DNA of 64,000 bases from positions 416,001 to 480,000 of the forward strand of contig CAWHXY010000007.1 in assembly GCA_963833575.1 (NCBI GenBank). Direction: 5' to 3'. Of this stretch, positions 29,476-39,012 are shown one piece after another; the stretch's first letter is position 1, and each line of letters begins with the position of its first letter. Under the pieces are notes generated by a model. That model ran no database searches, was not told the origin of the DNA, and was given only the letters and a program-made list of their open reading frames with translations. The position numbers and the translations under genes were made by a program. The stretch comes from Candidatus Bathyarchaeota archaeon. GTDB lineage: Archaea > Thermoproteota > Bathyarchaeia > Bathyarchaeales > Bathycorpusculaceae.

Positions 29476-30201
29476 CTATTTTTTCATAAGAGTAATAATT
29501 TTGGCGGTATAAGACTCTAATATCAAAACTGCTGTGTTCGGCAAGCTCTCTTTGACTTTTTGTTCGAACTGTTGTTTCTGTTTATCCGATCCGTGCATAG
29601 CTACAGCTGCCTCTGGTTTGATGTCAGCCACCATCTTGTAGGCGTTTTCTGGCGAGGCCGTCGGCGACATTCTTCCTGTAGGAACAAATGCAATGTCAGA
29701 AGGATAATCTTTGAGAGGAACGTATCCTGAGTCGCCTCCATGAAACAAAGTGATTTCTCTCATTTTTATTTGGTAGAGCATTATTGGGCCGCGGTGAATT
29801 CCTTCAACAGCTTTAGCAGATAGGTCGCCGAAATTGTAGGTTTTTTGGTTTTCTGCAATTACGAGCTTCTCAGCGGGTATTTTTCCGTTCAGTTTTTTTG
29901 CTACTTTAGCTTCAGCCAATATAGGAGTGGCACTTGCTTTGAAAATTGCTTGGGTTGCGCCACCACTAAAATGATCAAGATGATCATGTGTGAATAACAG
30001 TAAATTGAGTGTTTTTAGGGCCAAAATCTCTTCCTTTTTGAGGAACCCAGCAGGGTCTATTAAGACTGCCTGATTACTTGTTCTTGCCAAGACGCCGGAA
30101 ACTCCCAAATAGAATACTACAACCTCGTTATTTTTCAGTACTAAATTATAGAAATTATTGATTTCGTTAGCTTTGCTTTTTCTAAACATGCAAAACACCA
30201 A
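29476..30201 (-). CDS. Metallo-beta-lactamase fold hydrolase
   Basis: THDHLDH, HGGDS, AMH motifs. Confidence 0.88.
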   Translation of the reverse strand: MVFCMFRKSKANEINNFYNLVLKNNEVVVFYLGVSGVLARTSNQAVLIDPAGFLKKEEILALKTLNLLLFTHDHLDHFSGGATQAIFKASATPILAEAKVAKKLNGKIPAEKLVIAENQKTYNFGDLSAKAVEGIHRGPIMLYQIKMREITLFHGGDSGYVPLKDYPSDIAFVPTGRMSPTASPENAYKMVADIKPEAAVAMHGSDKQKQQFEQKVKESLPNTAVLILESYTAKIITLMKK

Positions 30202-30428
30202 AATCCCATTGGGCTAATCAAGTATAAAAAATGATTCGTGCCTGACCAAAGGTGCAAATATACTTGTTGCAAATCAAGCGTTCCGAGTTCCTTCATGACA
30301 TCAAGATGCCTCTAAAAGATGTCGACAAAGGAAAAAGTGATTCAAACTACAGCGAAATCTCAAAGGTTTTAGATAAAATATTCTAAAAAAATAAAGAAAG
30401 ACTTACAGTTTACATGTTAAAATGTGAT

Positions 30429-30593
30429 TTATTCGTAACGGATTAAGAACAATGGTTTTTCTGCTTCTTTGCGCCTATTCTCAAGCGGCATGTTTTCCAA
30501 CGACACCGTCGAAAGTTTTCTATTCACCTGTTCTTTTTCAGTCCTATCAAAACTCTTTTTCTTTAAACTGGATTTTTCATTTTGATAGTCCAC
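30429..30593 (-). CDS. Small hypothetical protein (54 aa), below ORF-track cutoff
   Basis: GTG-started ORF MDYQNEKSSLKKKSFD…KPLFLIRYE preceded by AGGTGCAGGT. Confidence 0.4.
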   Translation of the reverse strand: MDYQNEKSSLKKKSFDRTEKEQVNRKLSTVSLENMPLENRRKEAEKPLFLIRYE

Positions 30594-30793
30594 TTACCTG
30601 CACCTTAAGAAGGTGACTAAACAACATAAGATATATGCAATTGTGACTGCAAGACGGCAACAACAAATCGTAATATTTTTAGATTAAAACAGGCAAAAAA
30701 TTAAATAATCTATCATCGCAACGGATAGTAAATAACAAATTTTGACAAAAACGCTAATTTGAATTGCTTGAACAAAAAATAAAATGGAAGGGT

Positions 30794-32098
30794 TTATGGT
30801 CCCTTTTTGGTAACTTCTTTGATGACGCCTGCTGCTACGGTTGTGCCCATGTCTCTAACGGCGAATCGTCCGAGTTCTGGAAAGTCAGTGTAAGCTTCGA
30901 CAGCGATTGGATGTAATGGCTCCATTCTTACCCAAGCTGCGTCTCCGGTTTTGAGGAAGCTTGGATGTTCTTCGGTTACTTGGCCTGTTCGTGGATCGAT
31001 TTTCTTTATTAGCTCTGTGAATCTGCATGCGATTTGCCCTGTATGATAGTGAAGTACTGGTGTGTATCCTGCTGCGATTGCGGTTGGGTGGTAAATTACG
31101 ATGATTTGACCAATGAATTCTTTAGCTACAGTTGGTGGATTGTCGGTTGTTCCTGCTACATCTCCTCGGTGTATGTCGGATTTTGCGATGCCTCTTACGT
31201 TCATGCCAATGTTGTCGCCTGGTTCAGCGAATGGGATTACGGTGTGGTGCATTTCTAATGATTTAAGTTCGCCTGTTTTGTTACTTGGCATGAAAATCAG
31301 GTTTTGGCCTGGTTTTAGTACGCCTGTTTCAACTCTGCCTACTGGAACTGTGCCGATCCCTGTGATGCTGTAAACGTCTTGGATTGGTACGCGTAGAGGT
31401 TTGGTAGTAGGTTTAACTGGTACCTCTAGTAAGTCTAAGCCTTCCATTAAGGTTGGACCTGTATACCAAGGTAATTTTTCAGTTTTCTTAAGTAGGTTTT
31501 CGCCTGTCCATCCTGAAACTGGTATGAAGTTTATTTTATCTACTTTAAAGCCTACCATCCGAAGCATTCTTGAAACTTCGTTCTTTATTTCGTCATATCT
31601 TTCTTTGCTGTAATTAACTGAAATATCATCCATTTTGTTAACGGCAACGATAAGTTGGCGAACACCTAAAGTGAATGCTAGAAAGGCGTGCTCTCGTGTT
31701 TGCCCGCCTGCACCGATACCTGCTTCAAACTCACCTTTTTTAGCTGAAGCAAAAAGTATAGCGGCGTCAGCTTGGCTTGCGCCTGTAATCATGTTTTTGA
31801 CGAAGTCTCTGTGTCCTGGTGCATCGATGACAGTATAGTTGTATTTTTTGGTTTGGAATTGTAAGAATCGAAGGTCAATGGTTACTCCTCTTTCTCGTTC
31901 TTCCTTAAGATTGTCCAGTACCCAGGCAAATTTGAATGTGCCTTTGCCCATTTTTTCGGCTTCTTCTTCATATGCCTTGATTGTTCTTTCGTCGATTGCG
32001 CCTGCTAAGTAAAGTAGGTGCCCTGTAGTGGTTGATTTTCCTGCGTCAACGTGCCCCATAATGATAATGTTTAAGTGGGGTTTGTCTGATTTACTCAT
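30794..32098 (-). CDS. tuf: Translation elongation factor EF-1 alpha
   Basis: [47 protein letters not shown] motifs. Confidence 0.98.
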   Translation of the reverse strand: MSKSDKPHLNIIIMGHVDAGKSTTTGHLLYLAGAIDERTIKAYEEEAEKMGKGTFKFAWVLDNLKEERERGVTIDLRFLQFQTKKYNYTVIDAPGHRDFVKNMITGASQADAAILFASAKKGEFEAGIGAGGQTREHAFLAFTLGVRQLIVAVNKMDDISVNYSKERYDEIKNEVSRMLRMVGFKVDKINFIPVSGWTGENLLKKTEKLPWYTGPTLMEGLDLLEVPVKPTTKPLRVPIQDVYSITGIGTVPVGRVETGVLKPGQNLIFMPSNKTGELKSLEMHHTVIPFAEPGDNIGMNVRGIAKSDIHRGDVAGTTDNPPTVAKEFIGQIIVIYHPTAIAAGYTPVLHYHTGQIACRFTELIKKIDPRTGQVTEEHPSFLKTGDAAWVRMEPLHPIAVEAYTDFPELGRFAVRDMGTTVAAGVIKEVTKKGP

Positions 32099-32282
32099 TT
32101 TTTCATCCTCAATTAATCTTACCTAATTTATGAATTCGTTAACACATCAGTTCTTCCAATTATTTTAAGTTTCCGTGTCATTTACGTTTGGAAATATGAC
32201 TGAAAAATCCAAGAGAAAGTGAGAATCAAGCAATATGACTTATAAATTCAAATGCTGTGGCTATTTTTGAGTGCTTGCGTGA

Positions 32283-32927
32283 ATGGCTGAGGGCGTATCG
32301 GTGGTAACAACCACTTGGAACGAAGGGGAAAACATCAAAGAACTAATTCTTAGAGTCAGATCAACACTCAAAGATACCCCGCACGAAGTGATTGTTATCG
32401 ATGACAGCTCAACTGATGGTACACTAGAAATTGCAAAACAATACGCTGACATCGCCGTCAACAAGGTAAGAGAAGGCCAAACTAAGGGCTTACTATATGG
32501 AATGCGGTTTGCTAAGTTTCCAGTCATAGTTACGATTGATTCTGACTTAGAAAATAGCCCTGAACTGATTCCTGAGCTCATTAAAAAACTCGATAAATAC
32601 GGTGTAGTGAATGCGTCACGTTCGGTTGTTCCGCGATTTTCCGAGCGGTGGGCAGCCAAAACGCTGGGTAAAATGGTTGGGGTGTCGGATTTTTACTCGA
32701 ATTTTAGAGCTTTCAAAAAAGAAGTGACTGCAAAGTTTGATTTGAAGTGGGGAGAAACTTTCGGCGGTGAACTTTTGGTTATTGCTAAAAAGAACGGTTT
32801 CAAAATTGGCGAAGTGATCTATGAGGCCCCACCAAGGCGAAGCAAACCTAGAATAGGTGGAAACGTCAAGGCTAATTTGAGGATATCTGTTGCTTCTTCG
32901 AAATGTTTTTTGGTTTACCTATTTTGA
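32283..32927 (+). CDS. Glycosyltransferase family 2 (DPM1-like)
   Basis: WNEGENI, IDDSSTDGT, DSD motifs. Confidence 0.88.
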   Translation: MAEGVSVVTTTWNEGENIKELILRVRSTLKDTPHEVIVIDDSSTDGTLEIAKQYADIAVNKVREGQTKGLLYGMRFAKFPVIVTIDSDLENSPELIPELIKKLDKYGVVNASRSVVPRFSERWAAKTLGKMVGVSDFYSNFRAFKKEVTAKFDLKWGETFGGELLVIAKKNGFKIGEVIYEAPPRRSKPRIGGNVKANLRISVASSKCFLVYLF

Positions 32928-33038
32928 AGGCTTCTTTGACGATTATTCAAAATTCCCTTTTACTCATATATTTCGTTATATTCTATTTGAAAAGTTTGCA
33001 AAGAGAATAAGTGTTGAATCTGATCCTGTTTGAATAGT

Positions 33039-33329
33039 TTATGTGGGATCCAGGGATATTTCTATTAGTTGACCTGCTAAATTTTCGTTTTTACCACTGC
33101 ATTCGAACATTGTGGCTTTGGGAATAAATATGCGTCCGTCCTTGCCCATTTTCGCATAGAAAAATTCCCACCCTTTCCCAAACCCAGTTATTCCAACATG
33201 GAGAACTTGATTGGGCTCTAATTTAAACTGCCATCGAATAATCTTTGGAACCTGAACTTTATTGCAGCCTTCTAAAGGCCTCTCAAATGATACTCTACCC
33301 GTTAATGGCATAGCTACTTGCAACTCCAC
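33039..33329 (-). CDS. Small AbrB/MazE-like (swapped-hairpin) DNA-binding protein
   Basis: Two repeats of KVQVPK / DGRIFIPK type. Confidence 0.6.
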   Translation of the reverse strand: MELQVAMPLTGRVSFERPLEGCNKVQVPKIIRWQFKLEPNQVLHVGITGFGKGWEFFYAKMGKDGRIFIPKATMFECSGKNENLAGQLIEISLDPT

Positions 33330-33330
33330 T

Positions 33331-33400
33331 GACTTATTTTAACTATTTACGACTAATTTTAACTTTTGCTGACTTATTTTGACTTATTTTGACTCAACCT
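33331..33400. repeat. Seven tandem degenerate 10-mers (consensus GACTTATTTT)
   Basis: gacttatttt aactatttac gactaatttt aacttttgct gacttatttt gacttatttt gactcaacct. Confidence 0.85.
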
Positions 33401-33527
33401 GCAAACAAACCAAACCCCAAATCAAAAAAGCATCTCAAAACAATCTGAACAAAAGTTGCACCAAAATCACCAAAAACTCAATGCCTATCTGCGAAAGACT
33501 TAAAGTGTGTTCTGTGACTTTAGCTTT

Positions 33528-33846
33528 GGCGGTGGATCTTAGGCGGTGGGGTAGGGGTCCATTGTACCGTAAACCCTCTATACGACGGGCTGACATCTGC
33601 GGATGAGGCGCCGAAGGCCGTTTGGATCTTCATTTCCGAAACATTGACTATCCGTCCTTTGGGGCTGGCGGTCAATGAGCTGCTTCCGTAGGGGAGTTGC
33701 GTCATTGTCTACCAGGCGAACCTGGCTAGGCTCGGGAGAGAGCAACCTAAGTTTGGACGTTATGCGCTCAAGGGGATGCGGGTAAGAGCGTAGGGTTTGG
33801 ATGGTCCAGGCGGAGTCTGGGTGTCAAACTGCAGTGGTCCACCGCT
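33528..33846 (+). ncRNA. ffs: Archaeal signal recognition particle (7S) RNA
   Basis: GC-rich ~320 nt island; ends pair (GGCGGTGGA / TCCACCGCT); helix-8 motif AGGCTC-GGGA-GAGAGCA; TATA-like TTAAAG about 27 nt upstream. Confidence 0.9.
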
Positions 33847-33863
33847 ACTAATTTTGCCGCTAG

Positions 33864-34460
33864 TCACCTTTTTTCATCAAAACTTTTCTTATAAAGAGCC
33901 TTATCGATCACTCGTACATCTAAGTTTTGTTTAGCAGCAGTTTTCCTTATTGCCTCAAGTAGTTTAAGGTAATTCTGGGTTGACAACACATTGGCCGGTG
34001 GATTACCAAGCAACGCCTTCCACACTGCCACATCTAAAATACAATATTGTTTCGGATCAAAAAACGCCAAGATCACGCTGGCCAAAACTGGGTTGATGCC
34101 TTCCAGCAAAGTGAGGCAATTCATTCGGTAAGCATCTTCACAGGACGGAATACTCAAAGCTTGACAGGATAAACGATTAATAGTTGCCTCATCATTACGC
34201 ATCACTAAAGGTATAACCCGCGTTTTCTTCTCATCCTCTTCGTTATATCTCCACTCTACAACATGTACCAAATCAGCCTGCGTCAACGCTTTGGCCTTAC
34301 GGAATTTAGCACCCAACTCCCGTTCCCTCTGCGACTGCCAACCAAAAGCCTTGTCATACTTGCGGCTCCACATCAAGAAAGCAGCTTTATCCACACAAAT
34401 CACCCTATACTGCTTAATTGAGAAATAGCTTACATTTTTGCCTTTGCCTAAAACAAACAA
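33864..34460 (-). CDS. Hypothetical protein, HhH/DNA-glycosylase-like helical fold
   Basis: LEGINPVLASVIL…YCILDVAVW…RVIDKALY pattern; true start probably downstream of the ORF-track start. Confidence 0.6.
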   Translation of the reverse strand: MFVLGKGKNVSYFSIKQYRVICVDKAAFLMWSRKYDKAFGWQSQRERELGAKFRKAKALTQADLVHVVEWRYNEEDEKKTRVIPLVMRNDEATINRLSCQALSIPSCEDAYRMNCLTLLEGINPVLASVILAFFDPKQYCILDVAVWKALLGNPPANVLSTQNYLKLLEAIRKTAAKQNLDVRVIDKALYKKSFDEKR

Positions 34461-34484
34461 AATAAAATTAAGAAAAAGTTGAAT

Positions 34485-34610
34485 TTAGTTTTGATCTACC
34501 AGATGTGCTGTTCCGTCTGGACAGTATACTTTTTCATCTTTATTTACACGCCTGTAACGTTCACTGCATATATGTAAAAGCGTGCAACCGTCGCAATCTC
34601 TACTCAGCAT
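34485..34610 (-). CDS. Small Cys/His-rich protein (41 aa), below ORF-track cutoff
   Basis: MLSRDCDGCTLLHICSERYRRVNKDEKVYCPDGTAHLVDQN with AGGAGG SD upstream. Confidence 0.65.
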   Translation of the reverse strand: MLSRDCDGCTLLHICSERYRRVNKDEKVYCPDGTAHLVDQN

Positions 34611-34808
34611 ATTTTTTTTTTCGCCTCCTATTAGAGCATTGACCATCGGCGAATTTAACTTATAAAATTATGTAACATGTGTGTATATACACAAGCAAGC
34701 TTATTAGCAGCCTTTCTGGTGTGCAGCGCATGTTTCGTAGGCTATGCAAACTTCCGAGCGGGGAATAGCTGTTTTGGTTTGGCAATCCAAGACAATGTAC
34801 TGCCCTTT

Positions 34809-35318
34809 CTAAGTTTTGTCTTGCACACGGACTATCGGTTTGCCCATTACCTCGCGGATTTTATCAGCCGTTGCGAACGGGGCATGAACAAGAATTAGTT
34901 TGGTTTCGCGTTCACCTTGAGAGTTAACCGTTATTTCCCCGTAACCGAAGATTCTACCTCCAATAGATTGGTAAACCAACAAATCGCCAAACGCAGAATC
35001 TGAAACAACAAACGAATGCAGCCTGAGAATTCCATTTCTAATTTCTAAACCATCCTGCCGCAATATATAGGTGCGAGATGCCCTGAAAATCAGTAAATCC
35101 AACAAACTGAATAGCCAAACTATGATAAAAATCAGAATCGTCCATGCAAAGATCTGCAAAAACGCTAAATGTGAAAAGGCAACCTTTGCGTAAATTTCAA
35201 GCCACACAAAAATCGCCAAAACTACAAAAACAGTAATTGATCTAATAACGACTGCTGGTACAATCCAGGGCTTTCCTAACCAAACAACCTCGCCATGAAC
35301 GCCATGTTTATCAGACAA
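34809..35318 (-). CDS. Membrane protein with bacterial PH (bPH_2) domain
   Basis: Two TM helices then YIL…GIL…QSIGGRIFGYGEI. Confidence 0.8.
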   Translation of the reverse strand: MSDKHGVHGEVVWLGKPWIVPAVVIRSITVFVVLAIFVWLEIYAKVAFSHLAFLQIFAWTILIFIIVWLFSLLDLLIFRASRTYILRQDGLEIRNGILRLHSFVVSDSAFGDLLVYQSIGGRIFGYGEITVNSQGERETKLILVHAPFATADKIREVMGKPIVRVQDKT

Positions 35319-35442
35319 CTAAAACACAACCATTAGGCAATAGGCAAAAAAACTATTTAAGCATTCAAGCTTGAAATCACTCTTCAGTTAATAGGTGCAA
35401 AGGTTTCGTATGTTTATGAAAAGTGAAAAAAGGCAGACCATT

Positions 35443-35757
35443 TTACATGATAGGCCTTCGCCACAATACGCGTTCTATTGACCTTAACATTTGGTAGCCA
35501 AACAGTATTGCCACAAAATAGGTCGGCCACAAAATTATTGGCCAGTTGCCAGGGGTATAATTCCAAAGACCCATCGATACTGCGAAAAACTCCATAAGTG
35601 ATAAAGAAATCATTCCGCCAAAAGCCAAAAGCATTTGCTCTTTAACTTCGTGTTTAGCTTGCCACTTGCGGCGGAAAACCAGCAAAACTCCCCAACCTAG
35701 CAAAAATGCGAAGAAAAGCACATACCAGCTTGAGTTAAAATCAAGTAGGATATTCAT
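35443..35757 (-). CDS. Small multi-pass membrane protein
   Basis: Hydrophobic 104 aa ORF, EFFAVSMGLWNY motif. Confidence 0.65.
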   Translation of the reverse strand: MNILLDFNSSWYVLFFAFLLGWGVLLVFRRKWQAKHEVKEQMLLAFGGMISLSLMEFFAVSMGLWNYTPGNWPIILWPTYFVAILFGYQMLRSIERVLWRRPIM

Positions 35758-35796
35758 GTCCAGCCAAAACCAACATAGAGTATAAAAATGATTTGA

Positions 35797-36453
35797 TTAG
35801 TCTGCTGATTTTTTCTGGTGCTTCTTGTGGGTTCGATGTGCAGGCCAACATTTTCGGCAATATACCGGTCGATCTGCGTGGGGTTGAAAGGGCACCTCAC
35901 ATTCGCAGCCACAATCACTACATACAGCAGTATACTTGGGGTCTTCATGGAATTGTTCAAATAAATGGTAATTCTTCAGGCGTGGCCATCCGGTTTTTGC
36001 GTAACGGAGCATTTCAGGTTTGTCTTTTAGCCAACGCATCATATGGAAGAAGCTTTTGCCTCTTTTTTCTTCACGTTCAGCTAAGGGTTCATAACCTAAA
36101 TTGCGGATCTCGTCAAGATAAGCGATTTCTACTAGCCTTTGTGCTTCGCCGATTACTCTTACGCGTTTAACTCGGTCTTCGCCGTAGACTTTCACAAGTT
36201 CTGTTGCTGCCACGTCAAAGATGCAGCCTTGGCAAATGTGGATTGCTTCGTCTGGTTTAGGGTTAAAACAAGCAACAAGCTTAGAGACGATGCGTGAAGA
36301 CTCTTGCAGGTACTCTTTTTCTCGAAAATTCTCTTGATAAAACTTTACATCGATCATGTCGTATTTGAATTCGCCTGTTTCTTCTCGATAAGCGCCCACT
36401 ACAACGCCGTAAAGCAAGTCGCCACTACCTGCGTCATCAACTATAACTGTCAA
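35797..36453 (-). CDS. RNase H-like fold protein fused to C-terminal CxxC-x17-CxxC zinc ribbon
   Basis: N-terminal VDDAGSGDLLYGVVVG (compare RNase HII DEAG motif); C-terminal CSDCG…VPFQP..DRPVYCRKC. Confidence 0.7.
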   Translation of the reverse strand: MTVIVDDAGSGDLLYGVVVGAYREETGEFKYDMIDVKFYQENFREKEYLQESSRIVSKLVACFNPKPDEAIHICQGCIFDVAATELVKVYGEDRVKRVRVIGEAQRLVEIAYLDEIRNLGYEPLAEREEKRGKSFFHMMRWLKDKPEMLRYAKTGWPRLKNYHLFEQFHEDPKYTAVCSDCGCECEVPFQPHADRPVYCRKCWPAHRTHKKHQKKSAD

Positions 36454-36555
36454 CTAATACGGTTCCTTCTCTCTTTAATCTCCAATGGAGTGTTTAAGTC
36501 GGCTATAAAAATAGTCCTCCCATATAGGAAGACAACTCAAGGATTCTGCTGTAGT

Positions 36556-37224
36556 TTATGGTGCAGTTGCTATTTGCTGCTTGATAGTTTCAGCGGGAAT
36601 TTGTCGTTGGCTAAGAACTCCTTTCTTTCCAAGACGTAGCTGTCTCTCGCCTCTAAAAACGCATACGTGGGCATTTCTGATTTCAATGTTTTCTCCAACT
36701 GTAACAGAGTTAATCTGTCCTTCCCAAAGGCAAAGTTTGATTTTTCCAGTATCATCCTGGACCAAGGCATTAACAACCATAACTGTGTTGCCAAACTGCG
36801 TGTGAACTTGCACAGGCTGTGGAATCTCAAGAACCTCCGCCTTAACATTAACACGTTTCATACCAGCTCTCAAATCATTAACCGCTGTAAAAACAGACTC
36901 CGTATTTTGTTTGGCAATTTTCTTTGTTATTTTATCCGTGCTCATCCAACTTTCAAAAGGATTATCTTTTCTCAACAAAAACTGCTCATCAACCCTAAAC
37001 TGAGCAACTGCACGATCCTCTTTTTTAATCAGAAAAATTATCTCATCCTTAACCTTACCCCGATACTCAACAACAAGGTTACCGCAAACGGCTTTCTCAT
37101 TATTCTTTGCTTTAATTAGCGCCTGGAAAACTTCAGAGGGATAAATATTATGTTTAACTGAAAGAAGAGCTATGTGCTCCCCTAAGGTTGATTTTTTCTG
37201 TCTCAAATTCCCTCTCCTTGCCAT
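36556..37224 (-). CDS. OB-fold single-stranded nucleic-acid-binding protein (SSB/RPA-like) with N-terminal extension
   Basis: VNVKAEV…DDTGKIKLCLW…IEIRNA…QLRLGKKG. Confidence 0.8.
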   Translation of the reverse strand: MARRGNLRQKKSTLGEHIALLSVKHNIYPSEVFQALIKAKNNEKAVCGNLVVEYRGKVKDEIIFLIKKEDRAVAQFRVDEQFLLRKDNPFESWMSTDKITKKIAKQNTESVFTAVNDLRAGMKRVNVKAEVLEIPQPVQVHTQFGNTVMVVNALVQDDTGKIKLCLWEGQINSVTVGENIEIRNAHVCVFRGERQLRLGKKGVLSQRQIPAETIKQQIATAP

Positions 37225-37562
37225 AAGTAATTTCGAGAAAAAGCGAGTTTAAAGTTATTTCTACTTTCTCTCAATATCGAATGCCTACAATATGTCAATG
37301 GTACCTATATTAGTCTGACTATAGAAAAAGATGTTTCCAAACTATTTTATCGGAAAATAGAACATGCTTATTTTAAAAACCTCTTGTACCGTTTTTCTCC
37401 TTTATTGACTTAGATAAGGCGTTATTTTGAATAGAAAGGATGGTTTGACGTGCAAACATGAAAATGTGAGCATTCAATTTATAAGGATGGAGGACCAGAT
37501 AAAAGGGTAATGTGTAAAACAGCTTTTTGCACATCAAATATAGTAGGAGTTGAAAATAGCGA

Positions 37563-37703
37563 ATGTATAACAACCGAGAAATGCACAAGGCAACCTGTGC
37601 TGACTGCGGAAAAGAATGCGATGTTCCTTTCAAGCCAGACGGTACAAGGCCAGTTTATTGCCGAGAATGCTACTCAAAACGTAGACCACCAAGAAGATAT
37701 TAA
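37563..37703 (+). CDS. Stand-alone CxxC-x17-CxxC zinc-ribbon protein (46 aa), below ORF-track cutoff
   Basis: MYNNREMHKATCADCGKECDVPFKPDGTRPVYCRECYSKRRPPRRY, SD AGGAGTTGA upstream. Confidence 0.88.
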   Translation: MYNNREMHKATCADCGKECDVPFKPDGTRPVYCRECYSKRRPPRRY

Positions 37704-37816
37704 GCTAATCAGCTAAACATCTTTAACAAATCTCATTTATTTTCTTTTTATTTTTTAATACTTCATAGCAAAAACGGTTCAGCAAAGTCTTCGCGAGTGC
37801 GCTAAAAAGTAAAGCC

Positions 37817-38131
37817 TTATTCCTTGCAATACTTTGCTACTTCTTCTATGTAGTCTTTAATGTCTCGAAGCGTTGAAGGCGCATACAACTGCAAGCGAAT
37901 CTTGGCTTTTTTTCTGCCTTTAAAATATGCAATCAGAACTTCGTCTTTTATTTCGGCTTTTTCAAAATCGCCTAAGAAATACATTTCTGGATTCTGCCTC
38001 TCCAATATGTCAAAGCGGGCGTTATGCTTTTCATGTTGAATGATGAGGCGATGAGTAGTTACCCAACCTACGCCATTTGCAAGTTTGCAAGATAAGAGCT
38101 CTTTTTCATTTGGTAAACCATCAAATTTCAT
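37817..38131 (-). CDS. Hypothetical protein (PH-like)
   Basis: 104 aa ORF overlapping upstream gene; WVTTHRLII motif. Confidence 0.55.
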   Translation of the reverse strand: MKFDGLPNEKELLSCKLANGVGWVTTHRLIIQHEKHNARFDILERQNPEMYFLGDFEKAEIKDEVLIAYFKGRKKAKIRLQLYAPSTLRDIKDYIEEVAKYCKE

Positions 38132-38690
38132 TCGTCTTCACATGGTTAGATTTTTCTTTTAGTTTTTCTTTCCTGAGTTTGGCTATTGCCTGGTTGTGAG
38201 CTTTTCTTCTAGCTTTGACCTCTGGCCTCATATCATAGGCTTTGTTATAGGCTTTTTTCCACGCTTTCCTTTCTGGTTTTTGTTCTCTTATCTTAGATCG
38301 GGCTCTTCTTCTAGCTTTGACTTCAGGTTTTTGGTTGATTGCCTGATCGCGAGCTTTTCTTTTTGCTTTAACTTCTGGCCTCATATTGTAGGCTTTGCTG
38401 TAGGCTCGTATTGCAGCTTTTCGGTCTGGTTTTTCATTTCGTAGTTTATAACTTCGGTTTTCGGCTTCTTTTAATTTTTTGTAACTTGATTTTGGATTTG
38501 AGTTAATGTATTGATTTTTCGGCATTAATCCAAGTTTATATCGTGTTTTTTTGATGAAGACGATTGATACTTTTAGTTTTTCTGCCATTTGTCGGTCGTT
38601 AAGATCCTGGTTATATAGTTCTAAGAATTGTTGGTCTGTAAATTTTCGTTTTTGTCGCATTTTCTTTATATCCATCGCTGGAATCAACAA
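38121..38690 (-). CDS. HTH-containing basic protein with 17-aa tandem repeats
   Basis: FLELYNQDLNDRQMAEKLKVS…R.KLGL HTH; (K/R)P(E/D) every 17 aa. Confidence 0.7.
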   Translation of the reverse strand: MLIPAMDIKKMRQKRKFTDQQFLELYNQDLNDRQMAEKLKVSIVFIKKTRYKLGLMPKNQYINSNPKSSYKKLKEAENRSYKLRNEKPDRKAAIRAYSKAYNMRPEVKAKRKARDQAINQKPEVKARRRARSKIREQKPERKAWKKAYNKAYDMRPEVKARRKAHNQAIAKLRKEKLKEKSNHVKTNEI

Positions 38691-39012
38691 TACTTAGATA
38701 GTTATTGTTTGTTCGAGGGGTATAGATTATTCCGTTAGTAGCTGTTCCCAATTAGATTGCTAGTAGATATTATTGGTGCTAATTATGAGTAGAGGTTCAT
38801 TCGCGGATTTTAGTTCTGGTTTTTTGTCGATTTTTCTAATTGGGGTTTAGTGAGACCACTTTGAACTTCTGTTTTGTTTAGTTCGGCAGGGGACGAGTTT
38901 TGTTAGTAATGCATGATTGTTTGTTGCTGTCGATTTGGCTTGTCTTTTTTTAATATCAAAGATATAGTTTATTATTTCACCTTTGACATTTTGGGTAGGT
39001 TGGTTGAGAATC

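Noticed and set aside
33379-33705. ORFs 33379..33606 and 33520..33705
   Set aside because: Overlap the SRP RNA and its promoter; spurious
37373-37716. ORFs 37373..37633 and 37510..37716
   Set aside because: Overlap the recognisable 46 aa CxxC-x17-CxxC gene in another frame or strand
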